This document shows positions 28,501-43,500 of a DNA stretch of 64,000 nt, one piece after another. Every line of letters begins with the position of its first letter. Position 1 is the stretch's first letter. The DNA is taken from assembly GCF_009914755.1 (NCBI RefSeq), contig NC_060925.1. One strand, given 5' to 3'. This stretch comes from the human T2T-CHM13v2.0 reference genome, Homo sapiens. The notes beneath the pieces were generated by a model that worked only from the letters and a program-made list of their open reading frames with translations, was not told the DNA's origin and made no database searches. The position numbers and the translations under genes were made by a program.

Positions 28501-31500
28501 CAACATCAAACGGAAAAAAACGGAATTATCGAATGGAATCGAAGAGAATCATCGAATGGACCCGAATGGAATCATCTAATGGAATGGAATGGAATAATCC
28601 ATGGACTCGAATGCAATCATCATCGAATGGAATCGAATGGAATCATCGAATGGACTCGAATGGAATAATCATTGAACGGAATCGAATGGAATCATCATCA
28701 GATGGAAATGAATGGAATCATCATCGAATGGAATCGAATAGAATTATGGAATGAAATCCAGTGTGATCATCATCGAATGGACCCGAATGGAATCATCATC
28801 CAACGGAAGCTAATGGAATCAACATCGAATGAATCAAATGGAAACACCATCGAATTGAAACGAATGGAATTATCATGAAATTGAAATGGATGGACTCATC
28901 ATCGAATGGATTCGAATGGAATCATCGAATAAAATTGATTGAAATCATCATCGAATGGAATCGAATGGTATCATTGAATGGAATCGAATGGAATCATCAT
29001 CAGATGGAAATGAATGGAATCGTCATAGAATGGAATCGAATGGATTCATTGAATGGAATCAGATGGAATCATCGAATGGACTGGAATGGAATCATTGAAT
29101 GGACTCAAAAGGGATCATGATTGAATGGAATTGAATGGAATCATCGAATGGTCTCGATTGGAATCATTATCAAATGGAATCGAATGGAATCACCGAATAG
29201 AATCGAATGGAACAATCATCGAATGGACTCAAATGGAATTATCCTCAAATGGAATCGAATGGAATTATCGAATGCAATCGAATGGAATTATCGAATGCAA
29301 TCGAATAGAATGATCGAATGGACTCGAATGGAATCATCGAATGGAATGCAATGGAACAGTCAATGAACTCGAATGGAATCATCATTGAATGGAATCGAAT
29401 GGAATCATCGATTGGAATCGAATGGAATTATGATCAAATGGAATCGAATGTAATCCTCATCAAATGGAATCAAAAATAACCATCATCAATTGGTATTGAA
29501 TGGAATTGTCATCAAATGGAATTCAAAGGAATCATCATCAAATGGAACCGAATGGAATCCTCATTGAATGGAAATGAAAGGGGTCATCATCTAATGGAAT
29601 CGCATGGAATCATCATCAAATGGAATCGAATGGAATCATCATCAAATGGAATCTAATGGAATCATTGAACAGAATTGAATGGAATCGTCATCGAATGAAT
29701 TGAATGCAATCATCGAATGGTCTCGAATGGAATCATCTTCTAATGGAAAGGAATGGAATCATCGCATAGAATCGAATGGAATTATCATCGAATGGAATCG
29801 AATGGTATCAACACCAAACGGAAAAAAACGGAATTATCGAATGGAATCGAAGAGAATCTTCGAACGGACCCGAATGGAATCATCTAATGGAATGGAATGG
29901 AATAATCCATGGACTCGAATGCAATCATCATCGAATGGAATCGAATGGAATCATCGAATGGACTCGAATGGAATAATCATTGAACGGAATCGAATGGAAT
30001 CATCATCGGATGGAAACGAATGGAATCATCATCGAATGGAAATGAAAGGAGTCATCATCTAATGGAATTGCATGGAATCATCATAAAATGGAATCGAATG
30101 GAATCAACATCAAATGGAATCAAATGGAATCATTGAACGGAATTGAATGGAATCGTCATCGAATGAATTGACTGCAATCATCCAATGGTCTCGAATGGAA
30201 TCATCTTCAAATGGAATGGAATGGAATCATCGCATAGAATCGAATGGAATTATCATCGAATGGAATCGAATGGAATCAACATCAAACGGAAAAAAACGGA
30301 ATTATCGAATGGAATCGAAGAGAATCATCGAATGGACCCGAATGGAATCATCTAATGGAATGGAATGGAATAATCCATGGACTCGAATGCAATCATCATC
30401 GAATGGAATCGAATGGAATCATCGAATGGACTCGAATGGAATAATCATTGAACGGAATCCAATGGAATCATCATCGGATGGAAATGAATGGAATCATCAT
30501 CGAATGGAATCGAATAGAATTATGGAATGAAATCCAGTGTGATCATCATCGAATGGACCCGAATGGAATCATCATCCAACGGAAGCTAATGGAATCAACA
30601 TCGAATGAATCGAATGGAAACACCATCGAATTGAAACGAATGGAATTATCATGAAATTGAAATGGATGGACTCATCATCGAATGGATTCGAATGGAATCA
30701 TGGAATAAAATTGATGGAAATCATCATCCAATGGAATCGAATGGTATCATTGAATGGAATCGAATGGAATCATCATCAGATGGAAATGAATGGAATCGTC
30801 ATAGAATGGAATCGAATGGATTCATTGAATGGAATCAGATGGAATCATCGAATGGACTGGAATGGAATCATTGAATGGACTCGAAAGGGATCATGATTGA
30901 ATGGAATTGAATGGAATCATCGAATGGTCTCGATTGGAATCATTATCAAATGGAATCGAATGGAATCACCGAATAGAATCGAATGGAACAATCATCGAAT
31001 GGACTCAAATGGAATTATCCTCCAATGGAATGGAATGGAATTATCGAATGCAATCGAATGGAATTATCGAATGCAATCGAATAGAATCATCGAATGGACT
31101 CGAATGGAATCATCGAATGGAATGGAATGGAACAGTCAATGAACTCGAATGGAATCATCATTGAATGGAATCGAATGGAATCATCGAGTGGAATCGAATG
31201 GAATTATGATCAAATGGAATCGAATGTAATCATCATCAAATGGAATCAAAAATAACCATCATCAATTGGTATTGAATGGAATTGTCATCAAATGGAATTC
31301 AAAGGAATCATCATCAAATGGAACCGAATGGAATCCTCATTGAATGGAAATGAAAGGGGTCATCATCTAATGGAATCGCATGGAATCATCATCAAATGGA
31401 ATCGAATGGAATCATCATCAAATGGAATCTAATGGAATCATTGAACAGAATTGAATGGAATCGTCATCGAATGAATTGAATGCAATCATCGAATGGTCTC

Positions 31501-34500
31501 GAATGGAATCATCTTCTAATGGAAAGGAATGGAATCATCGCATAGAATCGAATGGAATTATCATCGAATGGAATCGAATGGTATCAACACCAAACGGAAA
31601 AAAACGGAATTATCGAATGGAATCGAAGAGAATCTTCGAACGGAACCGAATGGAATCATCTAATGGAATGGAATGGAATAATCCATGGACTCGAATGCAA
31701 TCATCATCGAATGGAATCGAATGGAATCATCGAATGGACTCGAATGGAATAATCATTGAACGGAATCGATTGGAATCATCATCGGATGGAAACGAATGGA
31801 ATCATCATCGAATGGAAATGAAAGGAGTCATCATCTAATGGAATTGCATGGAATCATCATAAAATGGAATCGAATGGAATCAACATCAAATGGAATCAAA
31901 TGGAATCATTGAACGGAATTGAATGGAATCGTCATCGAATGAATTGACTGCAATCATCCAATGGTCTCGAATGGAATCATCTTCAAATGGAATGGAATGG
32001 AATCATCGCATAGAATCGAATGGAATTATCATCGAATGGAATCGAATGGAATCAACATCCAACGGAAAAAAACGGAATTATCGAATGGAATCGAAGAGAA
32101 TCATCGAATGGACCCGAATGGAATCATCTAATGGAATGGAATGGAATAATCCATGGACTCGAATGCAATCATCATCGAATGGAATCGAATGGAATCATCG
32201 AATGGACTCGAATGGAATAATCATTGAACGGAATCGAATGGAATCATCATCGGATGGAAATGAATGGAATCATCATCGAATGGAATCGAATAGAATTATG
32301 GAATGAAATCCAGTGTGATCATCATCGAATGGACCCGAATGGAATCATCATCCAACGGAAGCTAATGGAATCAACATCGAATGAATCGAATGGAAACACC
32401 ATCGAATTGAAACGAATGGAATTATCATGAAATTGAAATGGATGGACTCATCATCGAATGGATTCGAATGGAATCATGGAATAAAATTGATGGAAATCAT
32501 CATCCAATGGAATCGAATGGTATCATTGAATGGAATCGAATGGAATCATCATCAGATGGAAATGAATGGAATCGTCATAGAATGGAATCGAATGGATTCA
32601 TTGAATGGAATCAGATGGAATCATCGAATGGACTGGAATGGAATCATTGAATGGACTCGAAAGGGATCATGATTGAATGGAATTGAATGGAATCATCGAA
32701 TGGTCTCGATTGGAATCATTATCAAATGGAATCGAATGGAATCACCGAATAGAATCGAATGGAACAATCATCGAATGGACTCAAATGGAATTATCCTCCA
32801 ATGGAATGGAATGGAATTATCGAATGCAATCGAATGGAATTATCGAATGCAATCGAATAGAATCATCGAATGGACTCGAATGGAATCATCGAATGGAATG
32901 GAATGGAACAGTCAATGAACTCGAATGGAATCATCATTGAATGGAATCGAATGGAATCATCGAGTGGAATCGAATGGAATTATGATCAAATGGAATCGAA
33001 TGTAATCATCATCAAATGGAATCAAAAATAACCATCATCAATTGGTATTGAATGGAATTGTCATCAAATGGAATTCAAAGGAATCATCATCAAATGGAAC
33101 CGAATGGAATCCTCATTGAATGGAAATGAAAGGGGTCATCATCTAATGGAATCGCATGGAATCATCATCAAATGGAATCGAATGGAATCATCATCAAATG
33201 GAATCTAATGGAATCATTGAACAGAATTGAATGGAATCGTCATCGAATGAATTGAATGCAATCATCGAATGGTCTCGAATGGAATCATCTTCTAATGGAA
33301 AGGAATGGAATCATCGCATAGAATCGAATGGAATTATCATCGAATGGAATCGAATGGTATCAACACCAAACGGAAAAAAACGGAATTATCGAATGGAATC
33401 GAAGAGAATCTTCGAACGGACCCGAATGGAATCATCTAATGGAATGGAATGGAATAATCCATGGACTCGAATGCAATCATCATCGAATGGAATCGAATGG
33501 AATCATCGAATGGACTCGAATGGAATAATCATTGAACGGAATCGATTGGAATCATCATCGGATGGAAACGAATGGAATCATCATCGAATGGAAATGAAAG
33601 GAGTCATCATCTAATGGAATTGCATGGAATCATCATAAAATGGAATCGAATGGAATCAACATCAAATGGAATCAAATGGAATCATTGAACGGAATTGAAT
33701 GGAATCGTCATCGAATGAATTGACTGCAATCATCCAATGGTCTCGAATGGAATCATCTTCAAATGGAATGGAATGGAATCATCGCATAGAATCGAATGGA
33801 ATTATCATCGAATGGAATCGAATGGAATCAACATCCAACGGAAAAAAACGGAATTATCGAATGGAATCGAAGAGAATCATCGAATGGACCCGAATGGAAT
33901 CATCTAATGGAATGGAATGGAATAATCCATGGACTCGAATGCAATCATCATCGAATGGAATCGAATGGAATCATCGAATGGACTCGAATGGAATAATCAT
34001 TGAACGGAATCGAATGGAATCATCATCGGATGGAAACGAATGGAATCATCATCGAATGGAAATGAAAGGAGTCATCATCTAATGGAATTGCATGGAATCA
34101 TCATAAAATGGGATCGAATGGAATCAACATCAAATGGAATCAAATGGAATCATTGAACGGAATTGAATGGAATCGTCATCGAATGAATTGACTGCAATCA
34201 TCCAATGGTCTCGAATGGAATCATCTTCAAATGGAATGGAATGGAATCATCGCATAGAATCGAATGGAATTATCATCGAATGGAATCGAATGGAATCAAC
34301 ATCAAACGGAAAAAAACGGAATTATCGAATGGAATCGAAGAGAATCATCGAATGGACCCGAATGGGATCATCTAATGGAATGGAATGGAATAATCCATGG
34401 ACTCGAATGCAATCATCATCGAATGGAATCGAATGGAATCATCGAATGGACTCGAATGGAATAATCATTGAACGGAATCGAATGGAATCATCATCGGATG

Positions 34501-37500
34501 GAAATGAATGGAATCATCATCGAATGGAATCGAATAGAATTATGGAATGAAATCCAGTGTGATCATCATCGAATGGACCGGAATGGAATCATCATCCAAC
34601 GGAAGCTAATGGAATCAACATCGAATGAATCGAATGGAAACACCATCGAATTGAAACGAATGGAATTATCATGAAATTGAAATGGATGGACTCATCATCG
34701 AATGGATTCGAATGGAATCATGGAATAAAATTGATGGAAATCATCATCCAATGGAATCGAATGGTATCATTGAATGGAATCGAATGGAATCATCATCAGA
34801 TGGAAATGAATGGAATCGTCATAGAATGGAATCGAATGGATTCATTGAATGGAATCAGATGGAATCATCGAATGGACTGGAATGGAATCATTGAATGGAC
34901 TCGAAAGGGATCATGATTGAATGGAATTGAATGGAATCATCGAATGGTCTCGATTGGAATCATTTTCAAATGGAATCGAATGGAATCACCGAATAGAATC
35001 GAATGGAACAATCATCGAATGGACTCAAATGGAATTATCCTCCAATGGAATGGAATGGAATTATCGAATGCAATCGAATGGAATTATCGAATGCAATCGA
35101 ATAGAATCATCGAATGGACTCGAATGGAATCATCGAATGGAATGGAATGGAACAGTCAATGAACTCGAATGGAATCATCATTGAATGGAATCGAATGGAA
35201 TCATCGAGTGGAATCGAATGGAATTATGATCAAATGGAATCGAATGTAATCATCATCAAATGGAATCAAAAATAACCATCATCAATTGGTATTGAATGGA
35301 ATTGTCATCAAATGGAATTCAAAGGAATCATCATCAAATGGAACCGAATGGAATCCTCATTGAATGGAAATGAAAGGGGTCATCATCTAATGGAATCGCA
35401 TGGAATCATCATCAAATGGAATCGAATGGAATCATCATCAAATGGAATCTAATGGAATCATTGAACAGAATTGAATGGAATCGTCATCGAATGAATTGAA
35501 TGCAATCATCGAATGGTCTCGAATGGAATCATCTTCTAATGGAAAGGAATGGAATCATCGCATAGAATCGAATGGAATTATCATCGAATGGAATCGAATG
35601 GTATCAACACCAAACGGAAAAAAACGGAATTATCGAATGGAATCGAAGAGAATCTTCGAACGGACCCGAATGGAATCATCTAATGGAATGGAATGGAATA
35701 ATCCATGGACTCGAATGCAATCATCATCGAATGGAATCGAATGGAATCATCGAATGGACTCGAATGGAATAATCATTGAACGGAATCGATTGGAATCATC
35801 ATCGGATGGAAACGAATGGAATCATCATCGAATGGAAATGAAAGGAGTCATCATCTAATGGAATTGCATGGAATCATCATAAAATGGAATCGAATGGAAT
35901 CAACATCAAATGGAATCAAATGGAATCATTGAACGGAATTGAATGGAATCGTCATCGAATGAATTGACTGCAATCATCCAATGGTCTCGAATGGAATCAT
36001 CTTCAAATGGAATGGAATGGAATCATCGCATAGAATCGAATGGAATTATCATCGAATGGAATCGAATGGAATCAACATCCAACGGAAAAAAACGGAATTA
36101 TCGAATGGAATCGAAGAGAATCATCGAATGGACCCGAATGGAATCATCTAATGGAATGGAATGGAATAATCCATGGACTCGAATGCAATCATCATCGAAT
36201 GGAATCGAATGGAATCATCGAATGGACTCGAATGGAATAATCATTGAACGGAATCGAATGGAATCATCATCGGATGGAAATGAATGGAATCATCATCGAA
36301 TGGAATCGAATAGAATTATGGAATGAAATCCAGTGTGATCATCATCGAATGGACCCGAATGGAATCATCATCCAACGGAAGCTAATGGAATCAACATCGA
36401 ATGAATCGAATGGAAACACCATCGAATTGAAACGAATGGAATTATCATGAAATTGAAATGGATGGACTCATCATCGAATGGATTCGAATGGAATCATCGA
36501 ATAAAATTGATTGAAATCATCATCGAATGGAATCGAATGGTATCATTGAATGGAATCGAATGGAATCATCATCAGATGGAAATGAATGGAATCGTCATAG
36601 AATGGAATCGAATGGATTCATTGAATGGAATCAGATGGAATCATCGAATGGACTGGAATGGAATCATTGAATGGACTCGAAAGGGATCATGATTGAATGG
36701 AATTGAATGGAATCATCGAATGGTCTCGATTGGAATCATTATCAAATGGAATCGAATGGAATCACCGAATAGAATCGAATGGAACAATCATCGAATGGAC
36801 TCAAATGGAATTATCCTCAAATGGAATCGAATGGAATTATCGAATGCAATCGAATGGAATTATCGAATGCAATCGAATAGAATCATCGAATGGACTCGAA
36901 TGGAATCATCGAATGGAATGGAATGGAACAGTCAATGAACACGAATGGAATCATCATTGAATGGAATCGAATGGAATCATCGAGTGGAATCGAATGGAAT
37001 TATGATCAAATGGAATCGAATGTAATCATCATCAAATGGAATCAAAAATAACCATCATCAATTGGTATTGAATGGAATTGTCATCAAATGGAATTCAAAG
37101 GAATCATCATCAAATGGAACCGAATGGAATCCTCATTGAATGGAAATGAAAGGGGTCATCATCTAATGGAATCGCATGGAATCATCACCAAATGGATTCG
37201 AATGGAATCATCATCAAATGGAATCTAATGGAATCATTGAACAGAATTGAATGGAATCGTCATCAAATGAATTGAATGCAATCATCGAATGGTCTCGAAT
37301 GGAATCATCTTCTAATGGAAAGGAATGGAATCATCGCATAGAATCGAATGGAATTATCATCGAATGGAATCGAATGGTATCAACACCAAACGGAAAAAAA
37401 CGGAATTATCGAATGGAATCGAAGAGAATCTTCGAACGGACCCGAATGGAATCATCTAATGGAATGGAATGGAATAATCCATGGACTCGAATGCAATCAT

Positions 37501-40500
37501 CATCGAATGGAATCGAATGGAATCATCGAATGGACTCGAATGGAATAATCATTGAACGGAATCGAATGGAATCATCATCGGATGGAAACGAATGGAATCA
37601 TCATCGAATGGAAATGAAAGGAGTCATCATCTAATGCAATTGCATGGAATCATCATCAAATGGAATCGAATGGAATCAACATCAAATGGAATCTAATGGA
37701 ATCATTGAACAGAATTGAATGGAATCGTCATCGAATGAACTGACTGCAATCATCGAATGGTCTCGAATGGAATCATCTTCAAATGGAATGGAATGGAATC
37801 ATCGCATAGAATCGAATGGAATTATCATCGAATGGAATCGAATGGAATCAACATCAAACGGAAAAAAACGGAATTATCGAATGGAATCGAAGAGAATCAT
37901 CGAATGGACCCGAATGGAATCATCTAATGGAATGGAATGGAATAATCCATGGACTCGAATGCAATCATCATCGAATGGAATCGAATGGAATCATCGAATG
38001 GACTCGAATGGAATAATCATTGAACGGAATCGAATGGAATCATCATCAGATGGAAATGAATGGAATCATCATCGAATGGAATCGAATAGAATTATGGAAT
38101 GAAATCCAGTGTGATCATCATCGAATGGACCCGAATGGAATCATCATCCAACGGAAGCTAATGGAATCAACATCGAATGAATCAAATGGAAACACCATCG
38201 AATTGAAACGAATGGAATTATCATGAAATTGAAATGGATGGACTCATCATCGAATGGATTCGAATGGAATCATCGAATAAAATTGATTGAAATCATCATC
38301 GAATGGAATCGAATGGTATCATTGAATGGAATCGAATGGAATCATCATCAGATGGAAATGAATGGAATCGTCATAGAATGGAATCGAATGGATTCATTGA
38401 ATGGAATCAGATGGAATCATCGAATGGACTGGAATGGAATCATTGAATGGACTCAAAAGGGATCATGATTGAATGGAATTGAATGGAATCATCGAATGGT
38501 CTCGATTGGAATCATTATCAAATGGAATCGAATGGAATCACCGAATAGAATCGAATGGAACAATCATCGAATGGACTCAAATGGAATTATCCTCAAATGG
38601 AATCGAATGGAATTATCGAATGCAATCGAATGGAATTATCGAATGCAATCGAATAGAATGATCGAATGGACTCGAATGGAATCATCGAATGGAATGCAAT
38701 GGAACAGTCAATGAACTCGAATGGAATCATCATTGAATGGAATCGAATGGAATCATCGATTGGAATCGAATGGAATTATGATCAAATGGAATCGAATGTA
38801 ATCCTCATGAAATGGAATCAAAAATAACCATCATCAATTGGTATTGAATGGAATTGTCATCAAATGGAATTCAAAGGAATCATCATCAAATGGAACCGAA
38901 TGGAATCCTCATTGAATGGAAATGAAAGGGGTCATCATCTAATGGAATCGCATGGAATCATCATCAAATGGAATCGAATGGAATCATCATCAAATGGAAT
39001 CTAATGGAATCATTGAACAGAATTGAATGGAATCGTCATCGAATGAATTGAATGCAATCATCGAATGGTCTCGAATGGAATCATCTTCTAATGGAAAGGA
39101 ATGGAATCATCGCATAGAATCGAATGGAATTATCATCGAATGGAATCGAATGGTATCAACACCAAACGGAAAAAAACGGAATTATCGAATGGAATCGAAG
39201 AGAATCTTCGAACGGACCCGAATGGAATCATCTAATGGAATGGAATGGAATAATCCATGGACTCGAATGCAATCATCATCGAATGGAATCGAATGGAATC
39301 ATCGAATGGACTCGAATGGAATAATCATTGAACGGAATCGAATGGAATCATCATCGGATGGAAACGAATGGAATCATCATCGAATGGAAATGAAAGGAGT
39401 CATCATATAATGGAATTGCATGGAATCATCATAAAATGGAATCGAATGGAATCAACATCAAATGGAATCAAATGGAATCATTGAACGGAATTGAATGGAA
39501 TCGTCATCGAATGAATTGACTGCAATCATCCAATGGTCTCGAATGGAATCATCTTCAAATGGAATGGAATGGAATCATCGCATAGAATCGAATGGAATTA
39601 TCATCGAATGGAATCGAATGGAATCAACATCAAACGGAAAAAAACGGAATTATCGAATGGAATCGAAGAGAATCATCGAATGGACCCGAATGGAATCATC
39701 TAATGGAATGGAATGGAATAATCCATGGACTCGAATGCAATCATCATCGAATGGAATCGAATGGAATCATCGAATGGACTCGAATGGAATAATCATTGAA
39801 CGGAATCCAATGGAATCATCATCGGATGGAAATGAATGGAATCATCATCGAATGGAATCGAATAGAATTATGGAATGAAATCCAGTGTGATCATCATCGA
39901 ATGGACCGGAATGGAATCATCATCCAACGGAAGCTAATGGAATCAACATCGAATGAATCGAATGGAAACACCATCGAATTGAAACGAATGGAATTATCAT
40001 GAAATTGAAATGGATGGACTCATCATCGAATGGATTCGAATGGAATCATGGAATAAAATTGATGGAAATCATCATCCAATGGAATCGAATGGTATCATTG
40101 AATGGAATCGAATGGAATCATCATCAGATGGAAATGAATGGAATCGTCATAGAATGGAATCGAATGGATTCATTGAATGGAATCAGATGGAATCATCGAA
40201 TGGACTGGAATGGAATCATTGAATGGACTCGAAAGGGATCATGATTGAATGGAATTGAATGGAATCATCGAATGGTCTCGATTGGAATCATTATCAAATG
40301 GAATCGAATGGAATCACCGAATAGAATCGAATGGAACAATCATCGAATGGACTCAAATGGAATTATCCTCCAATGGAATCGAATGGAATTATCGAATGCA
40401 ATCGAATGGAATTATCGAATGCAATCGAATAGAATCATCGAATGGACTCGAATGGAATCATCGAATGGAATGGAATGGAACAGTCAATGAACTCGAATGG

Positions 40501-43500
40501 AATCATCATTGAATGGAATCGAATGGAATCATCGAGTGGAATCGAATGGAATTATGATCAAATGCAATCGAATGTAATCCTCATCAAATGGAATCAAAAA
40601 TAACCATCATCAATTGGTATTGAATGGAATTGTCATCAAATGGAATTCAAAGGAATCATCATCAAATGGAACCGAATGGAATCCTCATTGAATGGAAATG
40701 AAAGGGGTCATCATCTAATGGAATCGCATGGAATCATCATCAAATGGAATCGAATGGAATCATCATCAAATGGAATCTAATGGAATCATTGAACAGAATT
40801 GAATGGAATCGTCATCGAATGAATTGAATGCAATCATCGAATGGTCTCGAATGGAATCATCTTCTAATGGAAAGGAATGGAATCATCGCATAGAATCGAA
40901 TGGAATTATCATCGAATGGAATCGAATGGTATCAACACCAAACGGAAAAAAACGGAATTATCGAATGGAATCGAAGAGAATCTTCGAACGGACCCGAATG
41001 GAATCATCTAATGGAATGGAATGGAATAATCCATGGACTCGAATGCAATCATCATCGAATGGAATCGAATGGAATCATCGAATGGACTCGAATGGAATAA
41101 TCATTGAACGGAATCGATTGGAATCATCATCGGATGGAAACGAATGGAATCATCATCGAATGGAAATGAAAGGAGTCATCATCTAATGGAATTGCATGGA
41201 ATCATCATAAAATGGAATCGAATGGAATCAACATCAAATGGAATCAAATGGAATCATTGAACGGAATTGAATGGAATCGTCATCGAATGAATTGACTGCA
41301 ATCATCCAATGGTCTCGAATGGAATCATCTTCAAATGGAATGGAATGGAATCATCGCATAGAATCGAATGGAATTATCATCGAATGGAATCGAATGGAAT
41401 CAACATCCAACGGAAAAAAACGGAATTATCGAATGGAATCGAAGAGAATCATCGAATGGACCCGAATGGAATCATCTAATGGAATGGAATGGAATAATCC
41501 ATGGACTCGAATGCAATCATCATCGAATGGAATCGAATGGAATCATCGAATGGACTCGAATGGAATAATCATTGAACGGAATCGAATGGAATCATCATCG
41601 GATGGAAATGAATGGAATCATCATCGAATGGAATCGAATAGAATTATGGAATGAAATCCAGTGTGATCATCATCGAATGGACCCGAATGGAATCATCATC
41701 CAACGGAAGCTAATGGAATCAACATCGAATGAATCGAATGGAAACACCATCGAATTGAAACGAATGGAATTATCATGAAATTGAAATGGATGGACTCATC
41801 ATCGAATGGATTCGAATAGAATCATCGAATAAAATTGATTGAAATCATCATCGAATGGAATCGAATGGTATCATTGAATGGAATCGAATGGAATCATCAT
41901 CAGATGGAAATGAATGGAATCGTCATAGAATGGAATCGAATGGATTCATTGAATGGAATCAGATGGAATCATCGAATGGACTGGAATGGAATCATTGAAT
42001 GGACTCGAAAGGGATCATGATTGAATGGAATTGAATGGAATCATCGAATGGTCTCGATTGGAATCATTATCAAATGGAATCGAATGGAATCACCGAATAG
42101 AATCGAATGGAACAATCATCGAATGGACTCAAATGGAATTATCCTCAAATGGAATCGAATGGAATTATCGAATGCAATCGAATGGAATTATCGAATGCAA
42201 TCGAATAGAATCATCGAATGGACTCGAATGGAATCATCGAATGGAATGGAATGGAACAGTCAATGAACACGAATGCAATCATCATTGAATGGAATCGAAT
42301 GGAATCATCGAGTGGAATCGAATGGAATTATGATCAAATGGAATCGAATGTAATCATCATCAAATGGAATCAAAAATAACCATCATCAATTGGTATTGAA
42401 TGGAATTGTCATCAAATGGCATTCAAAGGAATCATCATCAAATGGAACCGAATGGAATCCTCATTGAATGGAAATGAAAGGGGTCATCATCTAATGGAAT
42501 CGCATGGAATCATCACCAAATGGAATCGAATGGAATCATCATCAAATGGAATCTAATGGAATCATTGAACAGAATTGAATGGAATCGTCATCGAATGAAT
42601 TGAATGCAATCATCGAATGGTCTCGAATGGAATCATCTTCTAATGGAAAGGAATGGAATCATCGCATAGAATCGAATGGAATTATCATCGAATGGAATCG
42701 AATGGTATCAACACCAAACGGAAAAAAACGGAATTATCGAATGGAATCGAAGAGAATCTTCGAACGGACCCGAATGGAATCATCTAATGGAATGGAATGG
42801 AATAATCCATGGACTCGAATGCAATCATCATCGAATGGAATCGAATGGAATCATCGAATGGACTCGAATGGAATAATCATTGAACGGAATCGAATGGAAT
42901 CATCATCGGATGGAAACGAATGGAATCATCATCGAATGGAAATGAAAGGAGTCATCATCTAATGCAATTGCATGGAATCATCATCAAATGGAATCGAATG
43001 GAATCAACATCAAATGGAATCTAATGGAATCATTGAACAGAGTTGAATGGAATCGTCATCGAATGAATTGACTGCAATCATCGAATGGTCTCGGAATCAT
43101 CTTCAAATGGAATGGAATGGAATCATCGCATAGAATCGAATGGAATTATCATCGAATGGAATCGAATGGAATCAACATCAAACGGAAAAAAACGGAATTA
43201 TCGAATGGAATCGAAGAGAATCATCGAATGGACCCGAATGGAATCATCTAATGGAATGGAATGGAATAATCCATGGACTCGAATGCAATCATCATCGAAT
43301 GGAATCGAATGGAATCATCGAATGGACTCGAATGGAATAATCATTGAACGGAATCGAATGGAATCATCATCGGATGGAAATGAATGGAATCATCATCGAA
43401 TGGAATCGAATAGAATTATGGAATGAAATCCAGTGTGATCATCATCGAATGGACCCGAATGGAATCATCATCCAACGGAAGCTAATGGAATCAACATCGA

